Positions 46,498 through 56,492 of a stretch of 59,455 nt of DNA are shown in pieces (position 1 is the first letter of the stretch; the number at the start of each line of letters is the position of its first letter). The translations under genes were made by a program, and so were the position numbers. The stretch comes from a virus (taxonomy: Duplodnaviria; Caudoviricetes). Where the stretch lies: positions 1-59,455 of IMG/VR virus record IMGVR_UViG_3300017911_002575. One strand, given 5' to 3'. The notes under the pieces were generated by a model. That model ran no database searches. It worked only from the letters and a program-made list of their open reading frames with translations, and was not told where the DNA came from.

Positions 46498-47155
46498 TGA
46501 TATATTTTTTGAGTGCGTCTATATGGGCTTGAACAGTGTTGTCGTTTTCGTCGAAAACTTGACCAACGAATTGATAATTACAACGAGAACTAGGAAAATT
46601 CTTGCCCGAGAAAAAAGGATCGTGAGTCATGATAGATTCTTTTGGTATAATGTTTATTAACTTATCAAAGAAATTATAATCTGTACCGTAACTATCTTTT
46701 TTTTGAAAGTTTTCACATAAATCTTTCATGTTGTCCAAAAGACCTTTTTTGATTCCAAACATACCCCCTAAAACATTGAAGCCATGATGGGGATGATCCC
46801 TCATGATGTGAAATTTTTTATCACTTTTTTCGAATTCCTCAACAGCTTCTGATTCTCTTTGATTCAATCTACTGTCACAATCTCTTGAAATAACAATTGA
46901 GACATCTGGATCAGAGATCGCTTCAAACCTCCAAAACATACCTGTCCAGTCTGCGGGGCGATTTTCAATACAAACTTCTACATTTTCAAGGGAAGAAAGT
47001 TGGTCAATGTATTGAGGTCTTACATTTTTATGAACATAAAATCTGCATATCCATTCTGGATAAAATTCACTTCTTATGCTTGCATTTCTGATTGCGCCTT
47101 CGCAATATTTTGGATTATCTCCCCATAAGGAGAAGGATATGATTTTTTTAGACAT
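46469..47155 (-). CDS. putative glycosyltransferase
   Basis: IISFSLWG..PKY, MFWRF, SRDCDSR, FHIMRDHP.H...GGMFG. Confidence 0.6.
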   Translation of the reverse strand: MSKKIISFSLWGDNPKYCEGAIRNASIRSEFYPEWICRFYVHKNVRPQYIDQLSSLENVEVCIENRPADWTGMFWRFEAISDPDVSIVISRDCDSRLNQRESEAVEEFEKSDKKFHIMRDHPHHGFNVLGGMFGIKKGLLDNMKDLCENFQKKDSYGTDYNFFDKLINIIPKESIMTHDPFFSGKNFPSSRCNYQFVGQVFDENDNTVQAHIDALKKYINENSNIIHG

Positions 47156-47882
47156 TGATCGGAGAGAGATATTGCATTTTCAAAATATTGACTTCCGCAA
47201 TAGCTTCTGCGAGATTATCTTCATTGGAAGAAATGCCATTTGGATTTCTGTAGTATAAACCGAGAGCTTCATCAATTTTATACATTTGAGATCCTTCGTC
47301 TGCAGCTCTTAGCCACATGTCGTAGTCAGCTGCGTACTTCAAAGTTTCATTAAAGTAACCGTATTTATCATGTATACTTTTTCTCCACATAGGTTGGCAA
47401 TGAGGAGAGTTTACTCTAAGTAAATTTTCTAAACTAAAATCTATACATGGGAATTCTTTTTTTGCGGAATTGCTTAGAAAACTTTCATTTGGTTTATCTG
47501 TTTCTAGGGTTCTATAATAGACTAAGTCTATGTACGATTTAGACTCTAATAGTTCAAACTGCTTTTGTAGTGCATTCCGTGCTCTTCTATCATCGATATT
47601 CGTATTCGTAACATATTGTCCTTGACAATTTTTAATACCTAGGTTCCAACATCCATATACTCCTGGATCTTTTTTGAGTCCGAAATCAGAAATATGAGTA
47701 TATTTTATATTTTTATATTTTAAATATTTTTTAAGTAAATGCTTTTCTTTTTTCTTGTTTGCGTCAACAATAAAAAGCTCGCATTGATCGAATATTGTTT
47801 GCTCTATCATATTTTCCATAAAGCCCTCAATATATTCTTTTGAATTGAATAAAGAAGTGATTAGTGATATTGGATATTTCAT
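47148..47882 (-). CDS. GT2-family glycosyltransferase
   Basis: ISLITSLFN, IVD, WNLGI, NIDD, MWRKS, DYDMWLR. Confidence 0.85.
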   Translation of the reverse strand: MKYPISLITSLFNSKEYIEGFMENMIEQTIFDQCELFIVDANKKKEKHLLKKYLKYKNIKYTHISDFGLKKDPGVYGCWNLGIKNCQGQYVTNTNIDDRRARNALQKQFELLESKSYIDLVYYRTLETDKPNESFLSNSAKKEFPCIDFSLENLLRVNSPHCQPMWRKSIHDKYGYFNETLKYAADYDMWLRAADEGSQMYKIDEALGLYYRNPNGISSNEDNLAEAIAEVNILKMQYLSPINV

Positions 47883-48289
47883 TTTAATTTTAATAAACTG
47901 TCTCTTGTCTCAGGGGTCATTGGGAGAGGAAGCGAGTTTTTACGAAGTTTAAAGAAGCCCCATTCTTCGTGCTCCACTGCATCAATAGCGTCACTACTGG
48001 GAAAAATTAAATCTTCGAGCTCCACGTAAAATAAAGCAAAAAAACCATCGTTGATAGTTTTAAAATCATTTAGAAAAAATATTTCTTTATGCAACTTAAT
48101 ACCTGTTTCTTCAAAAAATTCTCTCAGAGCGGCAGATTTTGGATCTTCTCCTTCATCAATTATTCCGCATGGAACTGACCAATGACCTGCTAGATTATGA
48201 CAATACTTGGATCTTCTGCCTAGTAAAACAAGATCGTTAAACTTTGCAGCTATGCCTGCAGCACAATATTTTTTAGTTGAGGAAGTCAT
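47879..48289 (-). CDS. NUDIX hydrolase
   Basis: GIIDEGEDPKSAALREFFEETG Nudix box. Confidence 0.9.
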   Translation of the reverse strand: MTSSTKKYCAAGIAAKFNDLVLLGRRSKYCHNLAGHWSVPCGIIDEGEDPKSAALREFFEETGIKLHKEIFFLNDFKTINDGFFALFYVELEDLIFPSSDAIDAVEHEEWGFFKLRKNSLPLPMTPETRDSLLKLK

Positions 48290-49349
48290 CTAGAACTTCC
48301 TTGTTTTGCCAATGTGGACAACCTTCATATTTCATTTTAACAATTTCATCTCCATCTTCAAGTTCAAGTTCATGTTTATTATCTAGGAAAGCTGTTTTTT
48401 TAACATTTCCTTCAGGATCTTTTAAGGCCCAATATTCTCTTGGTTTTCTGAAGGGACATATGAATGCTTTAATTGGTTCTCCGTTTTTATCTAAAACAGG
48501 CTCTCCTCTTGACATTTTATATCCATCTTTGCCGCATGCAAGAGGGCCTCCAAAAGTTCCGTCTCTTGGATATTCTTGTGTTGCTGCTAGATTGCTCTTG
48601 GCAGATTTTTCGTCAAAATTATCTAGATATTCCTGAAATTGAGTAAGTTGATATTCAAAGCCATCAAGTTCTTCTTTTGTAATTTTATCCATTTTCATTC
48701 TACCCTTGCCTGTATTTCCTAGCATGTCTGTTTCTAAATCGAAACGCAAAAAAAGAAATTCACTTTGAGGTTCTGTTTCTGGCATCAAATGTTTTACCGC
48801 TAGGCAATATATTAAATTCTGTAGATTGTCTGTTATTTCTTTTCCTTTGAATACAGATTTACTGCTTTTGAAATCTCGAATGATTACCGAGTTGTCTTTA
48901 TATACAAATAGTTTATCGATGTATCCGCGAATTGCATATTTAATTCCTTCTTCTGGTCGATCTATTTCAAGGTCAAAAAATCTTTCTGATTCTGCGGTTA
49001 CTGGTTTTTCATTTTCGTCTCCAAAAAAATCGCACCTCAAACCATTCACGATCATTTCATCAATAAGCTGTAAGTTCTCAGGATCATTTACAGATAATTC
49101 TTCGGCTTCTCTTTGAACTTGTGCAGCAACAACTGTAGTATTCCAGATGGTTCCGTCTTTAACAATTTTATTGAATTCTCTTTTGTGTTTATCTCCAAGA
49201 AGCTCAAATACATTATGACATATGGTTCCTCTACTTGAACCATCATTTCCTGCGTCAGGAAGTTTTAATTTATAATTGCACCAATAAGTCCAACTACATG
49301 TTTGCGCGGTTTTTATTCTGCTGGCAGACAGCTTTGTTAATTTACTCAT
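48273..49349 (-). CDS. PD-(D/E)XK exonuclease (RecB/Cas4-like)
   Basis: SASRI...C, GTICH, GYIDKL, DFKS, Q..IY, C-terminal Cys residues. Confidence 0.85.
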   Translation of the reverse strand: MSKLTKLSASRIKTAQTCSWTYWCNYKLKLPDAGNDGSSRGTICHNVFELLGDKHKREFNKIVKDGTIWNTTVVAAQVQREAEELSVNDPENLQLIDEMIVNGLRCDFFGDENEKPVTAESERFFDLEIDRPEEGIKYAIRGYIDKLFVYKDNSVIIRDFKSSKSVFKGKEITDNLQNLIYCLAVKHLMPETEPQSEFLFLRFDLETDMLGNTGKGRMKMDKITKEELDGFEYQLTQFQEYLDNFDEKSAKSNLAATQEYPRDGTFGGPLACGKDGYKMSRGEPVLDKNGEPIKAFICPFRKPREYWALKDPEGNVKKTAFLDNKHELELEDGDEIVKMKYEGCPHWQNKEVLDDFLN

Positions 49350-50376
49350 TGGTTATTATTTTTGTGTTTTTTAATAAAGTCTTTGGTAATGTTTTATGTA
49401 TTTCTTTAATTTTTTCCAGTATAAAATTTTGCTGAACAGAAGGTTCTATAGATGAGCATTTTTTATCCCAAGATTTAAAATCCGAATCATTCATATCTCC
49501 AAAGTCTTTTTTATTAGGCAAGCATATAGATATTTTTTCTGGGTTGTAATAATTTAATAATTTTAAATAATTTTTTATACTTGCTTCTAAGCCTCTGTTT
49601 CTCTCTGAGGTTTGGTCATTATTTAATCCTATGATAATTTTTTCAACATTCAAAGATAAGGTTGCACATACTAATTTAGTAGATATATCTAGCCCAAAAG
49701 TAACAAGTACATTTTTATATCCATGTTCATTTAAGTTGAGCAAGTCGCCAATACTTTCTACGAATATAATTGATTTTGTTTCATTGATGAATTGCTCTGT
49801 TTCTGGATTGGCATAAAGGGGGTATATCCAGCCTTTCTTTTTTCCTATATGCTTCCACTTTGGGCGACCTGCTAGATTACTCATATCACGACCTGAGAAC
49901 CCATGGATTTGCTTGTGTTCATTATATATCGGAAATATAAATCTGTTATTTAATTTGCCGCTTGTTGCATAACCTCCTTTTAGAGATGATAACGTTTCTG
50001 TAGAAATTCCTTTATCATTATAAAATTTATAATGAGGTAATAGCCTATCTAAACATTCTTCTGGGTATATTTCTTCCATTTCTAGTTTTTCTGAAAAAGT
50101 TAATCTGTTATAGTTTGATCCTAGGTCATCTTCATCTATGAATTCTTTTACTTGAGATTTATCGTTTGTGCCAAGGGTTATCTCTACAAGTCTCTGAAAG
50201 GGGGCAAACGAGCTGTTCTGAACATGATCTTTCCAGACTCCTGTATTTTTATAAATCTGTATAGCTGTTTTATTGTCTCCATTTCTAAATAGAGCATTAG
50301 TCTGCCAGTATGCACCTCTGTCTGCGAGTTTATAGCCAAGTCTTACTAATGAATCTTTAATTTTTTCTGGGCTCAT
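49342..50376 (-). CDS. DNA primase (DnaG-like TOPRIM)
   Basis: RFIFPI, GFSGR, PKW, IIFVESIGD, KDFGDM. Confidence 0.85.
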   Translation of the reverse strand: MSPEKIKDSLVRLGYKLADRGAYWQTNALFRNGDNKTAIQIYKNTGVWKDHVQNSSFAPFQRLVEITLGTNDKSQVKEFIDEDDLGSNYNRLTFSEKLEMEEIYPEECLDRLLPHYKFYNDKGISTETLSSLKGGYATSGKLNNRFIFPIYNEHKQIHGFSGRDMSNLAGRPKWKHIGKKKGWIYPLYANPETEQFINETKSIIFVESIGDLLNLNEHGYKNVLVTFGLDISTKLVCATLSLNVEKIIIGLNNDQTSERNRGLEASIKNYLKLLNYYNPEKISICLPNKKDFGDMNDSDFKSWDKKCSSIEPSVQQNFILEKIKEIHKTLPKTLLKNTKIITNE

Positions 50377-50378
50377 AA

Positions 50379-51893
50379 TTATAGGTCAGGGACTTCGTTA
50401 GCAGCTTGATGCAGAACTCCAACTCCTTCAGAATCCATGTGCTCTACCATATCTTGAAGGTCTCCTCTTTCTTGAATGCTAAAATTTTCCATATGCAAGT
50501 TGATGTAGTTTTTACGTTTGCTTCCATCGGGCATTTCTACAGGCTGCAAAGCTCTATGGACATCTTGTCCAAGCCATCGGTATTTTAGGCAAATGAATTT
50601 ATGAGTACCAAATCCATCTGGTTCATTTTGTATTTCATCCATAGTTTTTTGCCTTAATAAAAATAAATGCGAGCAAAATTGAGTGATTTGATCTGAGAGA
50701 GACACAATACTTTCATCGTCTACAACATTGTCAGAGTTTCTATTATTAGTAATACCAAGGCGATTACTCTGCACACTAGTTAACATTGCAACTGTAGGCG
50801 CTCCATTAAAACAAAGCTCCTTTTGAATTAACTGCTTGAATTTATCAACCATTCTTCCGACAGTTTCCCAGCTACTTGCTCCATTTTGACGCTCATAAGT
50901 AGTTTTGATATAATCAAAGCTAAAAATCATTGGATTCCCTCTTCCTACTTCTGAGTAGTAAAACCTACGAATTATATTTAGCATACTATCTATACTGTGA
51001 CCTGCAACATTATAATAATAGAATTTAAATTGTTTTACCCTTTTCCATGTAGATCGAACTTTATTTACTATTTCTTCCCCTGCCTGCCTCCATCTTCCTG
51101 TTTCAAGTAAATGCATGGGTACTCCTGAAAGAGCGGAGCATTGGCGAACTATCAATTCTTCTTTGCTCATTTCTCCGTTATCGAAATGAAGAATGGGGAC
51201 ATTGTTGTTGATTGATGATACTTTGGTACAAAAGTCCATACAGAATTGTGTTTTACCTACTCCTGCCCGAGCAACAACAACAGTAATATTCCCCGGTCTA
51301 AGCAGAGATCCATACAGCTCGTTAACTCGCTCATGAGGACCCATGAGTCCAAATTGATCAATTGGATTGTTTCCTCTTTCTTCGATAAAGTCTTCCATTT
51401 CATCAAATAAATTTTCAGGCTTATTCGATCCGATTTCATAGAGGTTCACTTTATCGTTGTAGATTTTATCTGCTTCGCTAACGATATCATCGAAGGTTGC
51501 GCTAGAGGATAAACTTTTCATGTTCTTTGCAACCTCAAGAGAAGAGTCATGAATCTCTCTTCTTACTGTAATCTTTTTTAGTTCTTGTGCCGCTTTTAAA
51601 ACTCCATCTTTTGATATTTGTCTCATAGACAAAGCTTTGATGTAGTCTGCTATATTAATATTGTCTTCAAAGGAGATATTTAAAGATTGTACTCTTTGCG
51701 CCAATAATACCTCGTCTAATGCATCTCCTGCTTCTAGAGCTTGCCTTAAAACACAGAAAATAGTTCTATTGACAATTGTGTTTTTATCAAAAAAATCGTT
51801 TTGATCTATAAATGCAGCGACTAGAGGATAACTCTCTGGATACTTAATTAATCCCGCTATTAAATGTTGTTCTAACTCATAAGAATATACCAT
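50379..51893 (-). CDS. dnaB: replicative DNA helicase
   Basis: ARAGVGKT, NGEM, FDYIK, Q.NR; TTGACT-N17-TAACAT-6-ATG. Confidence 0.88.
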   Translation of the reverse strand: MVYSYELEQHLIAGLIKYPESYPLVAAFIDQNDFFDKNTIVNRTIFCVLRQALEAGDALDEVLLAQRVQSLNISFEDNINIADYIKALSMRQISKDGVLKAAQELKKITVRREIHDSSLEVAKNMKSLSSSATFDDIVSEADKIYNDKVNLYEIGSNKPENLFDEMEDFIEERGNNPIDQFGLMGPHERVNELYGSLLRPGNITVVVARAGVGKTQFCMDFCTKVSSINNNVPILHFDNGEMSKEELIVRQCSALSGVPMHLLETGRWRQAGEEIVNKVRSTWKRVKQFKFYYYNVAGHSIDSMLNIIRRFYYSEVGRGNPMIFSFDYIKTTYERQNGASSWETVGRMVDKFKQLIQKELCFNGAPTVAMLTSVQSNRLGITNNRNSDNVVDDESIVSLSDQITQFCSHLFLLRQKTMDEIQNEPDGFGTHKFICLKYRWLGQDVHRALQPVEMPDGSKRKNYINLHMENFSIQERGDLQDMVEHMDSEGVGVLHQAANEVPDL

Positions 51894-51924
51894 TCTTACA
51901 TGTTAGCAGAAAACCCTCAAAAAG

Positions 51925-52206
51925 TCAAGGTGTTTCTTCGTCTCCGAAATCTTTAGGGAAATTAAGTTCTATTTCTTGAGCGGAAACTTGATCTAAATAT
52001 TGCTCTAAGGCTTTTCTTAGCCCCATTTCTACGATGGGCGAATTTGCTTTTGTGATAACTGAAGGTAAACCTTCTTGATTAACAAAAGATAAAATAAATC
52101 CACTGTCTCCTCCTGAGGATCCAGTAAATTCAAATAGTTGATTAATAATGTTTTCGGGCAAAGTAAATTTCCCTAAATTCTCGGGATCAATAAAGTCGTC
52201 GTTCAT
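51925..52206 (-). CDS. hypothetical protein (MNDDFID...)
   Basis: ORF track; start chosen downstream of GTGTA at 52225. Confidence 0.65.
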   Translation of the reverse strand: MNDDFIDPENLGKFTLPENIINQLFEFTGSSGGDSGFILSFVNQEGLPSVITKANSPIVEMGLRKALEQYLDQVSAQEIELNFPKDFGDEETP

Positions 52207-52228
52207 ATACAATATATTATTACACAAA

Positions 52229-52639
52229 CTATAATTTAACACCAAAACTTTCGAAAAGTTTTTCGCTTAATTCATCTCCATCATATATTTCAACAAGCTG
52301 TATATCGTTGATTTCGCAAAATTGCAGCTTGTCTCTATCTCTTTTTAGTTGATTAAGATAATTGATTTTATTTTTGCCATGAAAGAATGGAACATATTTT
52401 GTGTGTTGTTTGCCTTGAACTTCGACTGCGATTTTTTTATTTGCGTTATAAAAATCTAATGAGAGCTTAGTTCCTGCCACAGGAAACTCTTCAAACACAA
52501 TATGTTTGCTCCAGTATTTTTTTAAGAACTGTTTGGCATTGTACTGTATTTTACTCCTGCTTCCCGAATCCCATTCTATCAAATAATTTTTTGCTTTTTT
52601 AACAGTTCGTATTGATCCTGTTAGCGTTTTAAAGCGCAT
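52229..52639 (-). CDS. Vsr/DUF559-like endonuclease
   Basis: EEFP, LDFY, AVEVQGKQH, RDRDK..FC. Confidence 0.75.
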   Translation of the reverse strand: MRFKTLTGSIRTVKKAKNYLIEWDSGSRSKIQYNAKQFLKKYWSKHIVFEEFPVAGTKLSLDFYNANKKIAVEVQGKQHTKYVPFFHGKNKINYLNQLKRDRDKLQFCEINDIQLVEIYDGDELSEKLFESFGVKL

Positions 52640-53735
52640 CAGTTAATTTTTTAAAATCTTCGTAAAGAAAGTCTGAAAGTTTTTCATTGTCTTCAAGGAA
52701 GTCTATTAGTCTCTGTTCTCCTTGAAATTTTTCATTAATTTCTAATTTTTTAGCAGAAAGCTCTTTGATTAGATCTTCTGAAACAGATATCCATGCTCCT
52801 TTTTTTTCTATTAAATTAAATAGATAGAGCATGTCTAGTATCTCTCTAGCTCTCCAAACAGACTTTCCATTTTTTTGTCCGTATTTGATTGGGTATCTAA
52901 CGGTCGATCCTGTTTTTTCGTTAACAGTTTTACGAAAACGAATTTTACAATAGTGCCCTATCGGTTCCCCTTTGTCTTCAAGTTTCGTTGCCGTTGGGTT
53001 TTTAAAAATATAATCTGAATTATACCTTTCTTCAAACTCTAAAATAAAATTAGCATAATGTTTGATTGCATTTCCGCCAGCTTGCTTTACTTTTGGCCCT
53101 CCACGAGCAGCATATGGGTTGGTTGCAACTTCTACGCGAACTTGACTGGTAAGAATCATTGTATGGCCCATTTTGCTAATTGGTAGAACCATCTTTTTTA
53201 AGAATACAGATGTAATCAGTGCCCCGCCTGCTACTTGCTCGCTCTCTGCAAAAGGTTTATCAATATCTCCTACCCTGCAAAGCGCGTCCACACTATCAAT
53301 AATAAACATGTATTTTTTGTCATCTTCATTATTGAAGACTAACTCCCGGATTAACTCAAATACTTTCTCGAAGATATTGCAGTCAAAGCAAAAAAATCTA
53401 TCTGGACTAGTATCAATACCTGACCTCTCAATCATTTCAGGACTAAATCTTCCTTCGCTTTTGATATATATAATCATACCTTTTTGGCCAAAATGCTTTT
53501 GAAAGTTTTTGGCAAAGGCCATAGCGCAGCTAGTTTTTCCTCCTTCGTTGATTCCCGTAAATCTGTGCGCTCCACTAGGCAATCCTCCTCCTAGGGCAAT
53601 ATCTAAATTTAGGCTGCCGCTTGGAATTTTGTATTCTTCGCCTTCGTGATAATTGTAGTGGTATTTTTTATTATCTTTATCTGCAAGAAATTTTGCAATT
53701 TGATCTGTTGTCTGAATGTCTTTTGTTTTACTCAT
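52629..53735 (-). CDS. recA: RecA/UvsX-like recombinase
   Basis: SGSLNLDIALGGGLP.G, GGKTS, IIDSVDAL, SQVR, GGNAIKHYA, KKGAW. Confidence 0.9.
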   Translation of the reverse strand: MSKTKDIQTTDQIAKFLADKDNKKYHYNYHEGEEYKIPSGSLNLDIALGGGLPSGAHRFTGINEGGKTSCAMAFAKNFQKHFGQKGMIIYIKSEGRFSPEMIERSGIDTSPDRFFCFDCNIFEKVFELIRELVFNNEDDKKYMFIIDSVDALCRVGDIDKPFAESEQVAGGALITSVFLKKMVLPISKMGHTMILTSQVRVEVATNPYAARGGPKVKQAGGNAIKHYANFILEFEERYNSDYIFKNPTATKLEDKGEPIGHYCKIRFRKTVNEKTGSTVRYPIKYGQKNGKSVWRAREILDMLYLFNLIEKKGAWISVSEDLIKELSAKKLEINEKFQGEQRLIDFLEDNEKLSDFLYEDFKKLTDAL

Positions 53736-54060
53736 CTATAAATTGTCGTATTGTTTTAGGTTTTTTCGAAATTATTTTATCTTCTCCTGTTTTTTCTCCA
53801 AGAGGAATTTCTATCTTTTTAGGGATTTCATAAGTGAATTCCAAATACAGTTTTTTTAGTTTTTGCATACCGTATTCAGATCGTAAAATTGCAAGCGATG
53901 AAACTTTATCAAATGTCATTCTTTGCCAAAAGTCTTCTCTTGGGAAAATGCCCATTAAATCGTTGAGCAATTTCATTTCTCTTGCCCAAAAAATTCTTTT
54001 TTGTTTAGTGGGTTCGATTACAAGTTTTTTTATAAGATCGCGCTTGTTTATTTTTTTCAC
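53728..54060 (-). CDS. hypothetical protein
   Basis: GTG start 6 nt after TTGACT-N17-TATACT (54095-54067). Confidence 0.7.
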   Translation of the reverse strand: MKKINKRDLIKKLVIEPTKQKRIFWAREMKLLNDLMGIFPREDFWQRMTFDKVSSLAILRSEYGMQKLKKLYLEFTYEIPKKIEIPLGEKTGEDKIISKKPKTIRQFIDE

Positions 54061-54091
54061 TCAAAGAGTATAGCGCATTTTATCTAAAAAG

Positions 54092-56059
54092 TCAAGATGT
54101 AAATTTATATTCTGCTTTTATTTTTTTAAAGGATTTTGCGTCCATTGTAAAATCAATCTTCTCTTTAATAATCTGATTATAATGATTCAGTAAATTCTTT
54201 TGATCTGATTCTTGATCTAGCGTTTCGGATATAGACTGATAAAAGTTTATATTATCATCTTGAAAGTTACCTTCTTTAGTGAAGCAGTGATATCCGTTGT
54301 GTTTGTGAGATCTTATTTTAAGCTCAAAGCTTTTCGGGCTTATTTGCTTGCATAATAAATAGGAGCTAGATTTTTTAAGGTTAAGGTTTTCTTCTAATAG
54401 TTTATTTTTTTGATTGATTAATTCGTCTAGTTGTTTATGGTCGGTATTTAAGTTATCTTTGTTTGACTCTATTTGCTTTGACAATTCTGCGTTTTGATCT
54501 GACAAAGCTTGAAACTGGGTTTTGAGTTTTTGGAAATCTTCTAAATTTATAGATATTTCTGTTTTCAGTTCTTCTATTTTTGCTTTGTGTTTATTGTGAT
54601 CTCCGAGTACGGTTTTGATTTCTTTGGCGCTTTGAATTGTTTCTTCTGCTCTGCTTAGTATTTTACTTTTTTCTTGTTTAATGTCATCAATTTCCTTTGA
54701 TACATTTTCTTTTTGCTTTATTAATTCTTCAAGTTCTGCTGTAATAGCAGAAGTATCTTCTTGTTCAAGTAATTGTTTTTGTGCGTCTAATTTAATTTTT
54801 CTTAAAGCTTCTTTATTTTCAGAGATTTCGTTTTGGTATTTTTTGATTTGATTTTCATTGAGCTCTAGTATTTTCTTCTCTTGTTCTAAGTCCTTTTTTC
54901 GCTCTTCTATTTCAAGATTTTGCTGTTCTAGCATTTTATTTTGAAGCTCTATTTCTGCCATTTTTTCAAAAGCAATAGTTTCGTCCTCCATAACTTTAGG
55001 GAATTTTTTACTTAAGCTAATATGTGCAGCAAGAACAAGTAAGACTGCGAGTGGATCGAATACAAAAATCAATATAATTATTACTATTCTTACTGCTTTA
55101 CCGATATCAAAGTTCATGCCCGTAAAATCTGCAATCAATTCGGCTACATATTTGATTGGACCAACTTCCGCTTCGAGTTGACGAGATCCATCATCTAAAT
55201 CAAATTTCTCTACTTCTAGTGCATCAATCTTTTCTTGCGCAGATGCAATATTAGAATTATATTTTTCTATTTTTTCTTCTGTATCTTCTGGCTTATCAAA
55301 TCCTATGTTCTGATATTCTTGTATACGTTTGCGAATATCAGATATAAGTGTGGATGTTTCGTTTCTGTATTTTGATATGCGGTCTTCAATATCTTTTTTC
55401 TTTGCGGCAAGCTCTTCTCGCTCACCTGCCTGTTCGGCGATTTTGTTTTCTACATTTTTCTTTTTGTTTGAGAATAATCCGCCAGGTTTGTTTTGTATTT
55501 CGTTAAGTTCTGTGTTGAGTTGATTGATTCGTTCTTGAATTGGCGCAAGCATTTTACTGTCTAGAGCAATATCTTTTTCGAGCTGGGCTGTAAGTTGGTC
55601 TATTTTCTTTTGTTCAAGATCAATATTCTCTGCGCTTTTGTCGCTACGGTTTTGATTTTTATCTTCGCTTTGTTGTATTAGTTCTTTCTGGCGCTCAATA
55701 TATTCTCGTTCACGGTTAATTTTGGTTTCTACTTGAGCAACAAGTGCTGCAGCTTTTTCGGCGTGCTGCTCGTGTTCGATATGAGACTTTGAAAGAAATC
55801 CAAAGATTCCCATGCTGGTTATACCCATCAACACAACAATTGCTCCAAAAAGATATATTCTTAATGTTGTTGGAGCTGTCTTCCAGTTTTTATGCAACCA
55901 AATCGCAGCAACAATTTTACCAATTTCGAGCGCGGCGCCCATTGCAATAACAGCTTCAATCGAGCCTGGAAATATAGTCGCAAGACCAATTATACTAAAA
56001 TACGCAGCAATAACAGAAATGCTTAGCGCAGACACTAAGGTAAGTAAGGCAAAAATCAT
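54092..56059 (-). CDS. membrane protein with long coiled coils
   Basis: AAYFSIIGL..LEIGK..ITSMGIFGFLSK..EVGPIKYVAE..IFVFDPLA, a conserved large-phage membrane family. Confidence 0.75.
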   Translation of the reverse strand: MIFALLTLVSALSISVIAAYFSIIGLATIFPGSIEAVIAMGAALEIGKIVAAIWLHKNWKTAPTTLRIYLFGAIVVLMGITSMGIFGFLSKSHIEHEQHAEKAAALVAQVETKINREREYIERQKELIQQSEDKNQNRSDKSAENIDLEQKKIDQLTAQLEKDIALDSKMLAPIQERINQLNTELNEIQNKPGGLFSNKKKNVENKIAEQAGEREELAAKKKDIEDRISKYRNETSTLISDIRKRIQEYQNIGFDKPEDTEEKIEKYNSNIASAQEKIDALEVEKFDLDDGSRQLEAEVGPIKYVAELIADFTGMNFDIGKAVRIVIIILIFVFDPLAVLLVLAAHISLSKKFPKVMEDETIAFEKMAEIELQNKMLEQQNLEIEERKKDLEQEKKILELNENQIKKYQNEISENKEALRKIKLDAQKQLLEQEDTSAITAELEELIKQKENVSKEIDDIKQEKSKILSRAEETIQSAKEIKTVLGDHNKHKAKIEELKTEISINLEDFQKLKTQFQALSDQNAELSKQIESNKDNLNTDHKQLDELINQKNKLLEENLNLKKSSSYLLCKQISPKSFELKIRSHKHNGYHCFTKEGNFQDDNINFYQSISETLDQESDQKNLLNHYNQIIKEKIDFTMDAKSFKKIKAEYKFTS

Positions 56060-56295
56060 GATGGTTTATAATTTGAATTTGGTGGCTGTTTTTTGTTAGC
56101 AGGATCTACTGTTGAAATATCGTCTCTGTTTGAGTTTGCGAAATATCCTCTATTGTCGTTTGGATAATAAGTTCTGCTTCCCTTTTTAGCAGTAAGGTTT
56201 ATCTTTTGTTGAGAAGGGTAATCCCATTCTTCGGGAGAATTGGTTCGATTATCATTAGGGTATCTAAAATTGGGATCTGATGTATGTTCGCTCAT
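56056..56295 (-). CDS. hypothetical protein (YPNDNR twice)
   Basis: GTGTA-N11-ATG. Confidence 0.65.
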   Translation of the reverse strand: MSEHTSDPNFRYPNDNRTNSPEEWDYPSQQKINLTAKKGSRTYYPNDNRGYFANSNRDDISTVDPANKKQPPNSNYKPS

Positions 56296-56312
56296 AGTAA
56301 ATGTCTTACACT

Positions 56313-56492
56313 TTATTCTTCTATTATCTCTGACATTTTAACTGTCAAAATTTGTCCATTGTCTAAATTAATTACGGCGAATATCGCTCCGTCATCTGGG
56401 CCTCCTATTTCTTCGTATTCATTGACTATGTAGCCTTCTATTTCTCCATTTTCGGTGTATACTTTGCAGCGTCTTTTTTTATTGTTGGACAT
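56313..56492 (-). CDS. small hypothetical protein (59 aa, MSNNKKRRCKVYTENG...)
   Basis: Translated by hand; GTGTA-N9-ATG. Confidence 0.65.
   Translation of the reverse strand: MSNNKKRRCKVYTENGEIEGYIVNEYEEIGGPDDGAIFAVINLDNGQILTVKMSEIIEE

Noticed and set aside
48273-49349. CRISPR-associated Cas4
   Set aside because: Sits in the replication/recombination operon with no cas1/cas2 or array; an ordinary phage PD-(D/E)XK exonuclease
18879-53735. Inteins or self-splicing introns in terL, dnaE, nrdA, dnaB, recA
   Set aside because: Sizes are normal, with no C...HN intein ends or LAGLIDADG/HNH inserts recognised
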